Shown piece by piece: positions 1 to 8,214 of a stretch of 19,284 nucleotides of DNA. The stretch lies in the IMG/VR virus record IMGVR_UViG_3300027807_000001, positions 1 to 19,284 of that record. One strand, 5' to 3'. Each line of letters starts with the position of its first letter. Position 1 is the stretch's first letter. The notes beneath the pieces are model-generated. The model did not search any database. It was given only the letters and a program-made list of their open reading frames with translations, and was not told the DNA's origin. The stretch comes from a virus. Lineage: Duplodnaviria > Heunggongvirae > Uroviricota > Caudoviricetes. Both the position numbers and the translations under genes were made by a program.

Positions 1-177
1 TAAACTGTAAGTTGAAACTATAGTAGTAGAAAAGGTAGAGCCGCTGTTAAAACTTCTACTCATTAAGACCTGTAATTGAGAAAAAGCTACACCAGCTGTA
101 TCGATAGAGCTATTATCACCAGCTGGAGCAATTCCGAGAGTAGTAGTACCTTGAACGTTAAGCGCCCCTGTTTTCAT
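1..177 (-). CDS. 5' part of a probable virion/fibre protein (runs off the left edge)
   Basis: Not in the ORF track. ATG at 177, 7 nt after the stop of the preceding gene. Open for 59 codons to the window edge: MKTGALNVQGTTTLGIAPAGDNSSIDTAGVAFSQLQVLMSRSFNSGSTFSTTIVSTYSL. Thr/Ser/Gly-rich like the upstream fibre gene. Confidence 0.7.
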   Translation of the reverse strand, partial: MKTGALNVQGTTTLGIAPAGDNSSIDTAGVAFSQLQVLMSRSFNSGSTFSTTIVSTYSL

Positions 178-184
178 GAACAGT

Positions 185-2830
185 TTACCCTAAGTATATG
201 TATCCCCAAGTTCCAGTTAACGTTCCAAAACTGGATAGAGTGACTGCGACAGAGTTTGTGGACCCTACGACGCCATCCGGGATAATCATATTGCCACCAT
301 TATCAAAAATACTGATAAGAATAGAATATGGTGCGGATAGACCGAGACTATGTGTTATAGTAAGTACACCCGAGCTTAAAGATGAATTAGTAAATGTTCC
401 GCTCGTTGCGGTCGCGCCACCACTAGCAGGCTGCCACGTCGGTAGTGAGCTAGCACCTGTTGAAGTTAAAACATAGCCAGAATTAGATATACCAGAAGTA
501 GCCTGCTGTAATAGTCCCGTCGTTGTGGTACCGCCACAAAGTGGAGCATATGTAGTTAGAGAGGTAGTGCCCGTTCCTCCTAAAGCAACAGTGACAGGAG
601 ATGTAAGACTAAATTGAGTCCCAGTAAGAGTTAATCCTGTTCCTGCAGTATAAGATATTGGAGCAGCAAACTGAACGAAGACTATATTTGTAGTGCCAAC
701 CGTTATAGTACCTGTTGTCGTCTGTACCCAAGAAATATTTGCGTTTATACTCCCCGACTGAATAAGTACCGCATCTCCTGCAGTAATATCCGCGGAAGTA
801 GCATAATCAGCGGCGCGCGTAAGTACTAAGGCTACTCCAACTGCCCCTGCTGTAGTGACAGTGTAAATACCATTATATGGTTGATTAGTAGATACTTCAT
901 TCTTAACAAGAATTCTATTACCAAGTGCTAAAACAGACCCATCTATTGTAACTGCCCCAGTGGATGATGCTGTAATAACTCCACTGGTATATGTATAGCT
1001 TGGAAGAGTAGTGGTCGTCGCTAGTAAGCAGGGGCTTTTCCAAGTAAGACCATTGATAGCACTATCTACGTAATTCTTTGTAGCGGCATCTTGGGGAGCA
1101 GTTGGATCTAATAAATTTGTAATCAGATTACTACCCATGTTGAGAGTGGTAGAGAGAGGACCGGGTATCGTAATACCTGCTGCATCACCTACTTCAACGA
1201 TATCAGAGGAATTCTTGCTTAAGCCATTGATATCCGCGGTGTTTGCATTATTGCGAAAAGCAACGGCTATATCAGTAGTACCTGCAGCGAGAAGGCCAAC
1301 AGATGCTACATATGAAGCGCCCTGCGATACAATACGCGCGGTCGGAAAATAGTTATTTAACTTAACAAGAGATCCATCGGGACCACCGTGATCTCCAATA
1401 GATGTTACATTGACAGGTTGGTAGTTATAGTATGTAGGAAGAAGAACGTTATATCCTCCATCATAAAATGGAGCATACCCCGCAGGACAATTCTGATAGT
1501 AGTTACCTTGTGAGAATAGCGTACTCGCATCACTTGTACCCGTAAACAAAGGGTCGGATATCTGAATATAGGGAACAGAGGATCCTGTTCTCAAGTTGAT
1601 AAAGATATTATTAGTTAGAGATAGAGATCCTTGGAAAGAAATGATCGTATCATTAGCTGCTAGCGAAGCTGCTCCTGCCCATGAACAGTTCTTGACGGTA
1701 ACCGCCCCAGCATGTGCACCAGTCGTTCCTATAATGAACGCAGATCCCGAGAGAGGCTCCGATTCAACACCATCAACATTAAGTGAAGAAGCACCTGTTT
1801 TAAAGTCAGATACCGTCGAATTGCCCATCACCGTGCCATAAAAATTCATCGAGCCACTGGCAAGCGTGAGGTTAGCGTGCACACTATGACTAGAGAAAAC
1901 GCCCCCGAAGAAGCTCCAATTTTTTGCATTTCCCGCAGATAACGTTACAAACCCGTATGCAGAGTTACTTCCACCAAAGAAATTGCAGTTATCGAACTGC
2001 ATTTCACTTATTTGGTGGGTTTGATTGGAGGTAGGGTTGCCCGCTGCTACCTCCGCGGAGGTAGTTCCATTAGAATTTAAGAATGCACATCGTCGAAAAG
2101 TAACGCCAGAAGACCCTGCGCTATTTCCCACAGATGCTGCAGAGGTATGTGCTTTTTTAAATGTCGCAGTAAATGTTGTACCTGTAGTCGCAGTGACCGT
2201 AACAATTTCAAAATTAGTACCTGTATCAACATTTAAAAAAGTACCAACGGTAATATTCGCCATTGATCCAGGGGTAACGGTGTGAGACCCCACAGCGACA
2301 GTGGTTCCTAATGTTGTATTGATGACATTGGTTGCGGTGACAACAACATCATACAGTGCTGTATTGTTACCATTGAATTCCATATTATCAACGGTAGTAT
2401 TACACGCACCAAGAAGAATCAACATTACCCCGCCCGCTGCTCCATTCCAATAGAGAGTCGAGCCGGTGCCACCGTTGCTAGCGCCAGTAGTTCCTACTAT
2501 CCTCAGCGCGTAGTTCGGAGACCCTCCATAGTAAAGCGTGGAAGAAATAACACACTTTCCTTGAGGGAATAAGAGAGTGCCAGACGCAGTGCCTGCATTG
2601 CCGCTGGTAAAGAGGTTAAGGGCTGCCTGAATAGCTGCGGTGTCGTCGGTTACTCCGTCACATTTTGCGCCCATGATACGAACATCTACCATAGGGCCGG
2701 ACGCTATTACATTACCGTTCGCTGCATCAAGAAGGATATTCGGAGAAGCAGAGAATGCGCTGGGGCCAATAGACACCGAGCCTATGGCTGTAACGTTGCC
2801 GCTGTTATCTACATTCCACTTTGTTCCCGT
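185..2830 (-). CDS. Virion fibre/spike protein with N-terminal pectate-lyase-like beta-helix (881 aa if started at ACG 2830; 863 aa from GTG 2776)
   Basis: Pectate_lyase_3-type start motif VDVRIMGAKCDGVTDDTAAIQAALN...LLFPQGKCVISSTL; fibre motifs DPTAPQDAATKNYVD, GNRILVKNE...NGIYTV...TRAAD, YTAGTGLTLTG and a C-terminal ITHSLG module. Very Gly/Thr/Ser/Asn-rich. The frame is open upstream to a TAA at 2849-2851, and RBS GAGGAG lies 6 nt before the in-frame ACG. Confidence 0.8.
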   Translation of the reverse strand, partial: TGTKWNVDNSGNVTAIGSVSIGPSAFSASPNILLDAANGNVIASGPMVDVRIMGAKCDGVTDDTAAIQAALNLFTSGNAGTASGTLLFPQGKCVISSTLYYGGSPNYALRIVGTTGASNGGTGSTLYWNGAAGGVMLILLGACNTTVDNMEFNGNNTALYDVVVTATNVINTTLGTTVAVGSHTVTPGSMANITVGTFLNVDTGTNFEIVTVTATTGTTFTATFKKAHTSAASVGNSAGSSGVTFRRCAFLNSNGTTSAEVAAGNPTSNQTHQISEMQFDNCNFFGGSNSAYGFVTLSAGNAKNWSFFGGVFSSHSVHANLTLASGSMNFYGTVMGNSTVSDFKTGASSLNVDGVESEPLSGSAFIIGTTGAHAGAVTVKNCSWAGAASLAANDTIISFQGSLSLTNNIFINLRTGSSVPYIQISDPLFTGTSDASTLFSQGNYYQNCPAGYAPFYDGGYNVLLPTYYNYQPVNVTSIGDHGGPDGSLVKLNNYFPTARIVSQGASYVASVGLLAAGTTDIAVAFRNNANTADINGLSKNSSDIVEVGDAAGITIPGPLSTTLNMGSNLITNLLDPTAPQDAATKNYVDSAINGLTWKSPCLLATTTTLPSYTYTSGVITASSTGAVTIDGSVLALGNRILVKNEVSTNQPYNGIYTVTTAGAVGVALVLTRAADYATSADITAGDAVLIQSGSINANISWVQTTTGTITVGTTNIVFVQFAAPISYTAGTGLTLTGTQFSLTSPVTVALGGTGTTSLTTYAPLCGGTTTTGLLQQATSGISNSGYVLTSTGASSLPTWQPASGGATATSGTFTNSSLSSGVLTITHSLGLSAPYSILISIFDNGGNMIIPDGVVGSTNSVAVTLSSFGTLTGTWGYIYLG

Positions 2831-2844
2831 ATTAGTCTCCTCTC

Positions 2845-3459
2845 TTATTTACTTTTAACAAGTGCCCTAATTCGATTTTTCGAATTATGCACCAACTGCG
2901 GATATGTTGAATGAGTCGCAATCAATTCCAATAGACGAATATCTGTAGTCTCTTTGATCGCTTTTAATTTTTGGAAGTACCTTAGTGAATTAAACTTTTC
3001 CAACGTAATCGTTGAAGCAAGCGCCAAGGACGCCGCATCCACCTCAGAGATCGCAAGACTATTAGGTTTGCGCGATTGTTCGCTAGATAAAACCTCAACT
3101 AGCTTAGGCTGCACATCAGCTGGATAGCCGATAGATACTGAAGGGCCACTTGCAGCGACTAATTCTTTTTCGCAGCTAGCGGGAGTCTCAACCTGTTCTT
3201 TAGGGGACGTTCTTGCCGCCAAATTTTCAACAACAACCCACTTCATCTCAATAAATTTACTTAAAGCTCCGGTACTACGAGACTTCTTTAAATCTTCAAA
3301 ATCCAAAAGCTCTGTAAGAAGATATTCGCCCTCATGCAGAACTACTCGACGATTATATATGGAATTAGTGGACTTAAAAAATAAATCGCGAATAGTTATG
3401 CCGTCTACGCCCTTAAAAACACACCGGTACTTCTCTTGTCGTATCTGTTCATCGTTCAT
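2845..3459 (-). CDS. Hypothetical protein (204 aa) downstream of the major capsid gene
   Basis: ATG with AGGGG RBS, TAA stop, co-oriented with the operon. No recognisable motif. Confidence 0.8.
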   Translation of the reverse strand: MNDEQIRQEKYRCVFKGVDGITIRDLFFKSTNSIYNRRVVLHEGEYLLTELLDFEDLKKSRSTGALSKFIEMKWVVVENLAARTSPKEQVETPASCEKELVAASGPSVSIGYPADVQPKLVEVLSSEQSRKPNSLAISEVDAASLALASTITLEKFNSLRYFQKLKAIKETTDIRLLELIATHSTYPQLVHNSKNRIRALVKSK

Positions 3460-3501
3460 TTTGGGGCCCCTAAAAGCAATTGAGCGAACATGTGCTCGAG
3501 A

Positions 3502-3600
3502 TTAGTTCTGGCTCATGTCCGCTTCATTTATAACTACACTGTACTTCACACCCTCGTTTCGTACACCACTTCTTATTTTAAATCTATAATCTCTATCCAT
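3502..3600 (-). CDS. Possible 32-aa small ORF (MDRDYRFKIRSGVRNEGVKYSVVINEADMSQN)
   Basis: ATG at 3600 to TAA at 3502 fills the gap after the post-MCP hairpin, but there is no convincing RBS. Confidence 0.25.
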   Translation of the reverse strand: MDRDYRFKIRSGVRNEGVKYSVVINEADMSQN

Positions 3601-3622
3601 TAACAATGCTAAGATATCCGTC

Positions 3623-3652
3623 GAGGGGTTAAAGATTGCTCTCTAACCCCTC
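3623..3652 (-). other. Strong RNA hairpin just after the MCP stop (13-bp stem, GCAA tetraloop, no U-tract)
   Basis: Minus strand GAGGGGTTA-G-AGA-GCAA-TCT-T-TAACCCCTC: perfect 9-bp outer inverted repeat, one G.U pair, 3 bp and a GNRA loop. Followed by GACGG, not a U-run. Confidence 0.75.
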
Positions 3653-3681
3653 TCTGGAATTCTAAAACTAACGATCTAGAC

Positions 3682-4665
3682 TTAAGATACCTGGATCTGA
3701 CAAATTCCCTTCGCGTAGCGGATGACGAAACCTACATCCTCCCAGATTGCGAAGACGTCTGCGAACTTGTTAGAGTCCTTAAGAGTCTCGACGGATACGT
3801 CAGTACGAACCGCCATGACTCCGAGGTAATCAGCAGGAGCAAGGACATAGACAGCGCTCGTCGGAACGATAATGTCCTCAAGAACTTCAACGCCCCAGAT
3901 GCTTCCGACGCGGCCAGCCTTAAGGGCCTGATCCTGGAAGTTAGGCGCGAAGATTCCGGCTCCACCGGTACCAGATACTGCTGTGTTGAACAGCATTAAG
4001 TCTTTGCCGCGGAACGGGTGCATAAAGATCTTGTTAGCGACCAAGAGCTTGCCGCGAAGGTCAACGATACCCTCGACCAAGGACTCCTGCATTAGGCGGC
4101 CAGCGCCTACTGAAGAAGTAACAACCGTAGCGTTGTTGTTTGCCGCAGTCGTAGCAGAGCCCTGGTAAACCAACGAGTTTGTCTGAGGCTGGTTAGTAAG
4201 ACTTGCTGCGTACTGAAGAAGTGCAAAGCCACGACCATCTTCTTGGAACTGAATAGATGCCTTACCGCGTTCCTGCGCACGGTTTAACACGTCAAACTTA
4301 CGGAAGTTTGACTCGTTCCAGCGAACCATAGGACGAACAGTGATCGGAGAAGTTTCGATGCGGATACGATCTGATCTAACTTCCAACTGCTCTGGAAGAC
4401 CCTCGACGGAAATACTTGCCGCCGGTACATCCAAGTCTGCGTCAAATACGGCTTCCTCACCCAGAGCTAACTTATAAGTCTGATAGATCTGGCGAATGCG
4501 TCCCTCAAACAATAGGTCGCGCTTCAGCGGTGAAAGCATCTGCTGCGCGATCTTCTGAAGTCCGCCCGGTGAGTTCATAAGGCGGGATAGACGATCCTCT
4601 ACTTGCGAAGAGGTGAGGTTGATACCATAAACCTGCTCATCGGCAGGCGTTACTTTAGGTTCCAT
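3682..4665 (-). CDS. Major capsid protein, HK97-like fold (327 aa)
   Basis: Size, position after protease/scaffold and decoration genes, and strong RBS TAAGGAG. Typical large-phage MCP pattern (KIAQQMLSPLKRDLLFEGRIRQ...LGEEAVFDAD; IFMHP; GSIWGVEV; C-terminal WEDVGFVIRYAKGICQIQV). Confidence 0.9.
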   Translation of the reverse strand: MEPKVTPADEQVYGINLTSSQVEDRLSRLMNSPGGLQKIAQQMLSPLKRDLLFEGRIRQIYQTYKLALGEEAVFDADLDVPAASISVEGLPEQLEVRSDRIRIETSPITVRPMVRWNESNFRKFDVLNRAQERGKASIQFQEDGRGFALLQYAASLTNQPQTNSLVYQGSATTAANNNATVVTSSVGAGRLMQESLVEGIVDLRGKLLVANKIFMHPFRGKDLMLFNTAVSGTGGAGIFAPNFQDQALKAGRVGSIWGVEVLEDIIVPTSAVYVLAPADYLGVMAVRTDVSVETLKDSNKFADVFAIWEDVGFVIRYAKGICQIQVS

Positions 4666-4682
4666 TATGTTATCTCCTTACC

Positions 4683-5180
4683 TTAGATTGACAACTTGAT
4701 GCCCAGCAACATTGCTGTTGAAGAGCCCGCGTTTGTCACGTACGCACAAGAGCCGATCTGCGGAGAGTTACCAGAAGCGTCTGCAGTAACTAACCCAGTT
4801 GTCGCCTGAGCGTATAACGGCACGTTCGATGCATAAGAAGTTCCCGGAGTTAGAACGAAAGGATTACCTGAGCCATCGTTAGATAGTTCAAATACTCCAC
4901 CGTTCTGGAAAGCGCCGATAAGACCGCCGCGGTTGAAATTAGTATAGTCATAACCCACACCTACGGTAAGCCCACCAGCGCCCTGGAGCGGCTGTGTGAC
5001 ATTGCTGTCTGAGGCTAGTCCCCACGGAGCGGTTGAGCCCGTGCTTGTAGACAACTGCACGTTCACACCGTTGTTGGCGAGTTCCAAAACCATGCCGGCA
5101 AGAATATTGCTATTCGTACCGTTTGACTGAGGAAGACGTCCACCGTCGCGGCTGACCTCCTTTAAGATTCTAATAGCCAT
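4683..5180 (-). CDS. Head decoration/capsid cement protein (165 aa)
   Basis: Immediately upstream of MCP with strong RBS AGGAG. Gly/Asn/Ser-rich, with the ILAGMVLEL...PWGLASD...GGVFE pattern usual for cement proteins at this position. Confidence 0.7.
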   Translation of the reverse strand: MAIRILKEVSRDGGRLPQSNGTNSNILAGMVLELANNGVNVQLSTSTGSTAPWGLASDSNVTQPLQGAGGLTVGVGYDYTNFNRGGLIGAFQNGGVFELSNDGSGNPFVLTPGTSYASNVPLYAQATTGLVTADASGNSPQIGSCAYVTNAGSSTAMLLGIKLSI

Positions 5181-5213
5181 TGTTGAGTCTCCTATTATTG
5201 TTGCTTCGTTTAA

Positions 5214-5223
5214 ATTGTACTAC
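5214..5223 (-). promoter_or_regulatory. Candidate late promoter element GTAG-TACAAT upstream of decoration/MCP
   Basis: -10-like TACAAT preceded by GTAG, 33 nt from the start codon. One mismatch from the GTCG-TAnnnT copies at 8471, 8554 and 15133. Confidence 0.35.
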
Positions 5224-5307
5224 TTATCATTTCCTGTCCGTTCTTTTCAGGCTTATCTTGCCTCGTACAACCTTTGTCTTTGCGGGCGCTTTGGCTCTAT
5301 GACTAAA

Positions 5308-8214
5308 TTATAGATTACGCCCTTTTTGCGATCCCATATTACCGAATACGTCATTCAGCCATTTGTCATCTTGGCTGTGTTCATCAAATTGCAATCGGAA
5401 GGCTTTCTTAAGAACTCCTCCAGAAGGAGGCGCAGCAGGAGTACGTCCTTTAACTCTAGATACAGTCATCGCAAATGCCTTGAGTGTAGCGTCTTCCATC
5501 GCAAGAAGATCACGACACTGCTTATCGATAGCCTTCTTAAACGCTGCAGCTCGTGCATCGAATAAAGGCTTACCGTTCGCGATCTCTTCCTGTATATCTG
5601 CTTCGTCTGCAGCGATAAGGTCCTTTTCAACCATCTCACTGACAATCGTCTGGCAGCGCTGGGCCTTCGCACGGAGAGACGCTTCTAGCTTAAGCTGGGC
5701 CAACTCGGCCTCAAGCTCCTGCTCTCTAGATGAGACACTAGGAAGATCGACCTCAACAGTCGCTGTCTTTTCCATAGCAGGCTCTTCTTTCTTAGGCTCT
5801 TCTGCTTTAGCTTCTGCAGCGGGAGCTTCTGGCTCGCCCTTGTCATCCTTCTTTTCCTTCTTAGCTGCCTTCTCCGCTTCCTTAGCGGCAGCAGCTTCTG
5901 CCTTTTCGGCTTCCTTGGCAGCTTTCTCATCTTCCTTCGCCTTCTCTTTGGCAGCCTTTTCAGCTTCCTTAGCCTCGGCAGCCGCAGCCTTCTCCGCTTC
6001 CTTAGCGGCAGCTTCCCGGTCTTTTTCCAAGGCCAATGTCGCTTTCTCGACAGCTTTCTGTAAAGATTCTAGAGGCTTCTTGAGTTTATCACCAGGTTCC
6101 ATTGATTCGATAGCTTCGTTCATCCACGCAAGCTTCTCCTCATCGGACATCTCTGCAAGAGGCTTATCACCCTTGGGGGCTTCCATCTTCTCTGCGGGTG
6201 CAGCCTTCTCCTCTTTCTTGTCCTTCTTTTCCTTATTATCTTCCTTGGGAGCGTCTGCAGGCATATCCATAGGTGGCATGTCTGCCGCAGGAGCGTCTGC
6301 TGCCTCCGCCTTAACTTCAATCTTACCAGCAGCATCCTCCGCAGCGTAAGTAGCAAACTCCGACTTCACCTTAGGACCTCCGCCGCCAACGTGCTTGTAC
6401 TCAGATTTACCCATAGATTTAGATGTAGGGTAGGCATCTCCCTTTCCACCAGTAGGACCCGCAGATCCAGGGAAAGCCCCTCCAGACATATCAGTTCCTT
6501 CAGGAGAGGTCTTCATTTTAGCACTGGCGGTAGGAGCAGCAGGAGTATACTCATCCTTGCCCACGCTCTTCTGGCTTGGCCACTCATCGCCTTTACCAAC
6601 CTGTCCACGCGCGTCAGCAGCTTCAGTGTAAATTGTTGCATTCGTCGCAAGCGCAACCTTCTTTAATCCATCTGTCTTTACACGCTGAAGCAGTGCTTCA
6701 CCGTAGACAGTAGAGGATGCATATGCGCTCATCTCATTAACTTTGTCGCCCCAGATATCATTTAAGGAAGCTTTAAGAACAGGCTTACCATCTGCCGTGA
6801 CCACCCAGTAAGAGTTTTTGATTTCTGGCTTTGAGACGAAGATTGCCTTGAGCTTACGTGCCTCAAGCTCCGCTTTCTTCTCTTCTTTGGCCTCTTCCTT
6901 CTTAGCTTCTGCTTTCTCTTCTTTCTTCTCTTCTTTGGCCTCTTCCTTCTTAGCTTCTGCTTTCTCTTCCGCCTTGGACTCTGCGGTCTTAGGCATGGAC
7001 GCTAGCTCTGCCTTTTCGTGAGCAAGAGCTTCTTCTGCAGGAGGGAGAGCATCCTTAAGGAGCTCATCAACCTTCTTCATATCTGCGACATCTTTTTTCT
7101 CACCCGCTTTCTCACACTTCATGCATGATTTATCTTCTGCGCAGCCGCACTCTTTCTTAGCTTGGACCATAGGAGCTACAGCAGGAGTAACGGGGGCATC
7201 GACGGGAGAAGTTGGCTGAGGTAAGCCATTGGCTTTCTTCATGTACGCCTGAAGATCAAGAAAGTCTAGTGCGGATAACTTCTCTTTAAAAATCTTTGTT
7301 AATCGAGATTCTACAGTTGATTCATCAGCGGAAGCTTTCTTATCTTCCTTCTTAGCTTCTGCTTTCTCTTCTTTCTTGCATTTAGCGCACTCTTTGCTGC
7401 TAGTGCACCCACACTCCTTCTTAGTCTCTACATCTAGCTTTGGAGCGTCTGTAGTAGACGCTGCTTCTAAATCATTTTGGGATGCCATTGTTAAAATATC
7501 CTCCAAATCTTTGATCACGTCAGCAGAAGGCTCTTTCGCAACGCGATCCTTTAGCTGTGCAATGATCTGCACTATCTTTGCATTGTTCCACGCAGGAACG
7601 TTTACGACAGAAAGTTCCGTGAAATTCAAACCTCGGTTAACTGCAAACGCTTTAAGCCGCTGACCTTTCTTAATATTGCATTCCGGAAGATCAGCTTCAA
7701 CGACAAATTCTTTTCCGAGCCCAGAAGACATATGGCGACACTTGGGGTCTTGGTCAGAATAAATAGTATGGGCACAAATAGAGCATTGAGAACTTTCAAC
7801 GCTGCAGCCCATGGAGCAAGAGTCAAGAATACCTGACTCGATTTGGCGGGCTAGTTCGGGGTGGGCAACTGCATCAATCTTAGCGAGACATTCGATGTAC
7901 TTTTCACCAGATTGATCATCTACGACAGGATAAGCGTCAAGAACTTTACCGATAGCATTTCGGGGGTCGCTAGAGTTATGATTAAGGAAGAGGTTACGTC
8001 CTACGAAAGAGGTGTAGCTCTTTAATAAATGATCCCAAGGGAAATAATCTCCGTTTCCATTGGGTTCGTCGGCTTGAATTGCCTTTGACGCAAAATAGAG
8101 AAATTCTCCCTTCTTAGCGTTAGAGACAGCAGCTACGATTGGGCGACCCGGGGCTACCTCTGTAAGGCTACCTGCCTTTCTGATTTGTAAATTAATGCCC
8201 TGCTTGTTTAGCAT
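5308..8214 (-). CDS. Prohead maturation protease fused to a long scaffold/core region (968 aa)
   Basis: Residues ~36-220 carry HK97-gp4/assemblin-type (clan SH) motifs LFLNHN (His), ILDSCSMG (Ser), a CSIC...CRH Zn-type insert and FTELSVVNVPA. The rest is Lys/Glu/Ala-rich with a predicted coiled coil near the C-terminus. Canonical position between portal and MCP. Confidence 0.88.
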   Translation of the reverse strand: MLNKQGINLQIRKAGSLTEVAPGRPIVAAVSNAKKGEFLYFASKAIQADEPNGNGDYFPWDHLLKSYTSFVGRNLFLNHNSSDPRNAIGKVLDAYPVVDDQSGEKYIECLAKIDAVAHPELARQIESGILDSCSMGCSVESSQCSICAHTIYSDQDPKCRHMSSGLGKEFVVEADLPECNIKKGQRLKAFAVNRGLNFTELSVVNVPAWNNAKIVQIIAQLKDRVAKEPSADVIKDLEDILTMASQNDLEAASTTDAPKLDVETKKECGCTSSKECAKCKKEEKAEAKKEDKKASADESTVESRLTKIFKEKLSALDFLDLQAYMKKANGLPQPTSPVDAPVTPAVAPMVQAKKECGCAEDKSCMKCEKAGEKKDVADMKKVDELLKDALPPAEEALAHEKAELASMPKTAESKAEEKAEAKKEEAKEEKKEEKAEAKKEEAKEEKKAELEARKLKAIFVSKPEIKNSYWVVTADGKPVLKASLNDIWGDKVNEMSAYASSTVYGEALLQRVKTDGLKKVALATNATIYTEAADARGQVGKGDEWPSQKSVGKDEYTPAAPTASAKMKTSPEGTDMSGGAFPGSAGPTGGKGDAYPTSKSMGKSEYKHVGGGGPKVKSEFATYAAEDAAGKIEVKAEAADAPAADMPPMDMPADAPKEDNKEKKDKKEEKAAPAEKMEAPKGDKPLAEMSDEEKLAWMNEAIESMEPGDKLKKPLESLQKAVEKATLALEKDREAAAKEAEKAAAAEAKEAEKAAKEKAKEDEKAAKEAEKAEAAAAKEAEKAAKKEKKDDKGEPEAPAAEAKAEEPKKEEPAMEKTATVEVDLPSVSSREQELEAELAQLKLEASLRAKAQRCQTIVSEMVEKDLIAADEADIQEEIANGKPLFDARAAAFKKAIDKQCRDLLAMEDATLKAFAMTVSRVKGRTPAAPPSGGVLKKAFRLQFDEHSQDDKWLNDVFGNMGSQKGRNL
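5867..6012. repeat. Two exact 26-bp copies (5867-5892, 5987-6012) encoding AAAKEAEKA in the scaffold
   Basis: gccttctccgcttccttagcggcagc occurs twice, 120 bp apart. Confidence 0.85.
6873..6968. repeat. Perfect 48-bp x2 tandem duplication (KEKAEAKKEEAKEEKK-type 16-aa unit), with a third exact 35-bp partial copy at 7343-7377
   Basis: ctttcttctcttctttggcctcttccttcttagcttctgctttctctt at 6873-6920 and 6921-6968; tcttccttcttagcttctgctttctcttctttctt recurs at 7343-7377. Confidence 0.9.

Noticed and set aside
3632-3652. tRNA fragment (GGTTAGAG resembles a D-loop)
   Set aside because: No cloverleaf or T-loop; the segment forms a single hairpin.
5363-6349. 328-aa plus-strand ORF, and the other plus-strand ORFs in the track
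   Set aside because: Antisense shadows of minus-strand genes. The Ser/Ala/Phe-rich composition is what the reverse complement of Lys/Glu/Ala codons gives, and there are no RBSs or motifs.
5867-7377. Repeats as a CRISPR array or mobile-element ends
   Set aside because: They are in-frame coding duplications with no unique spacers and no cas or transposase genes.
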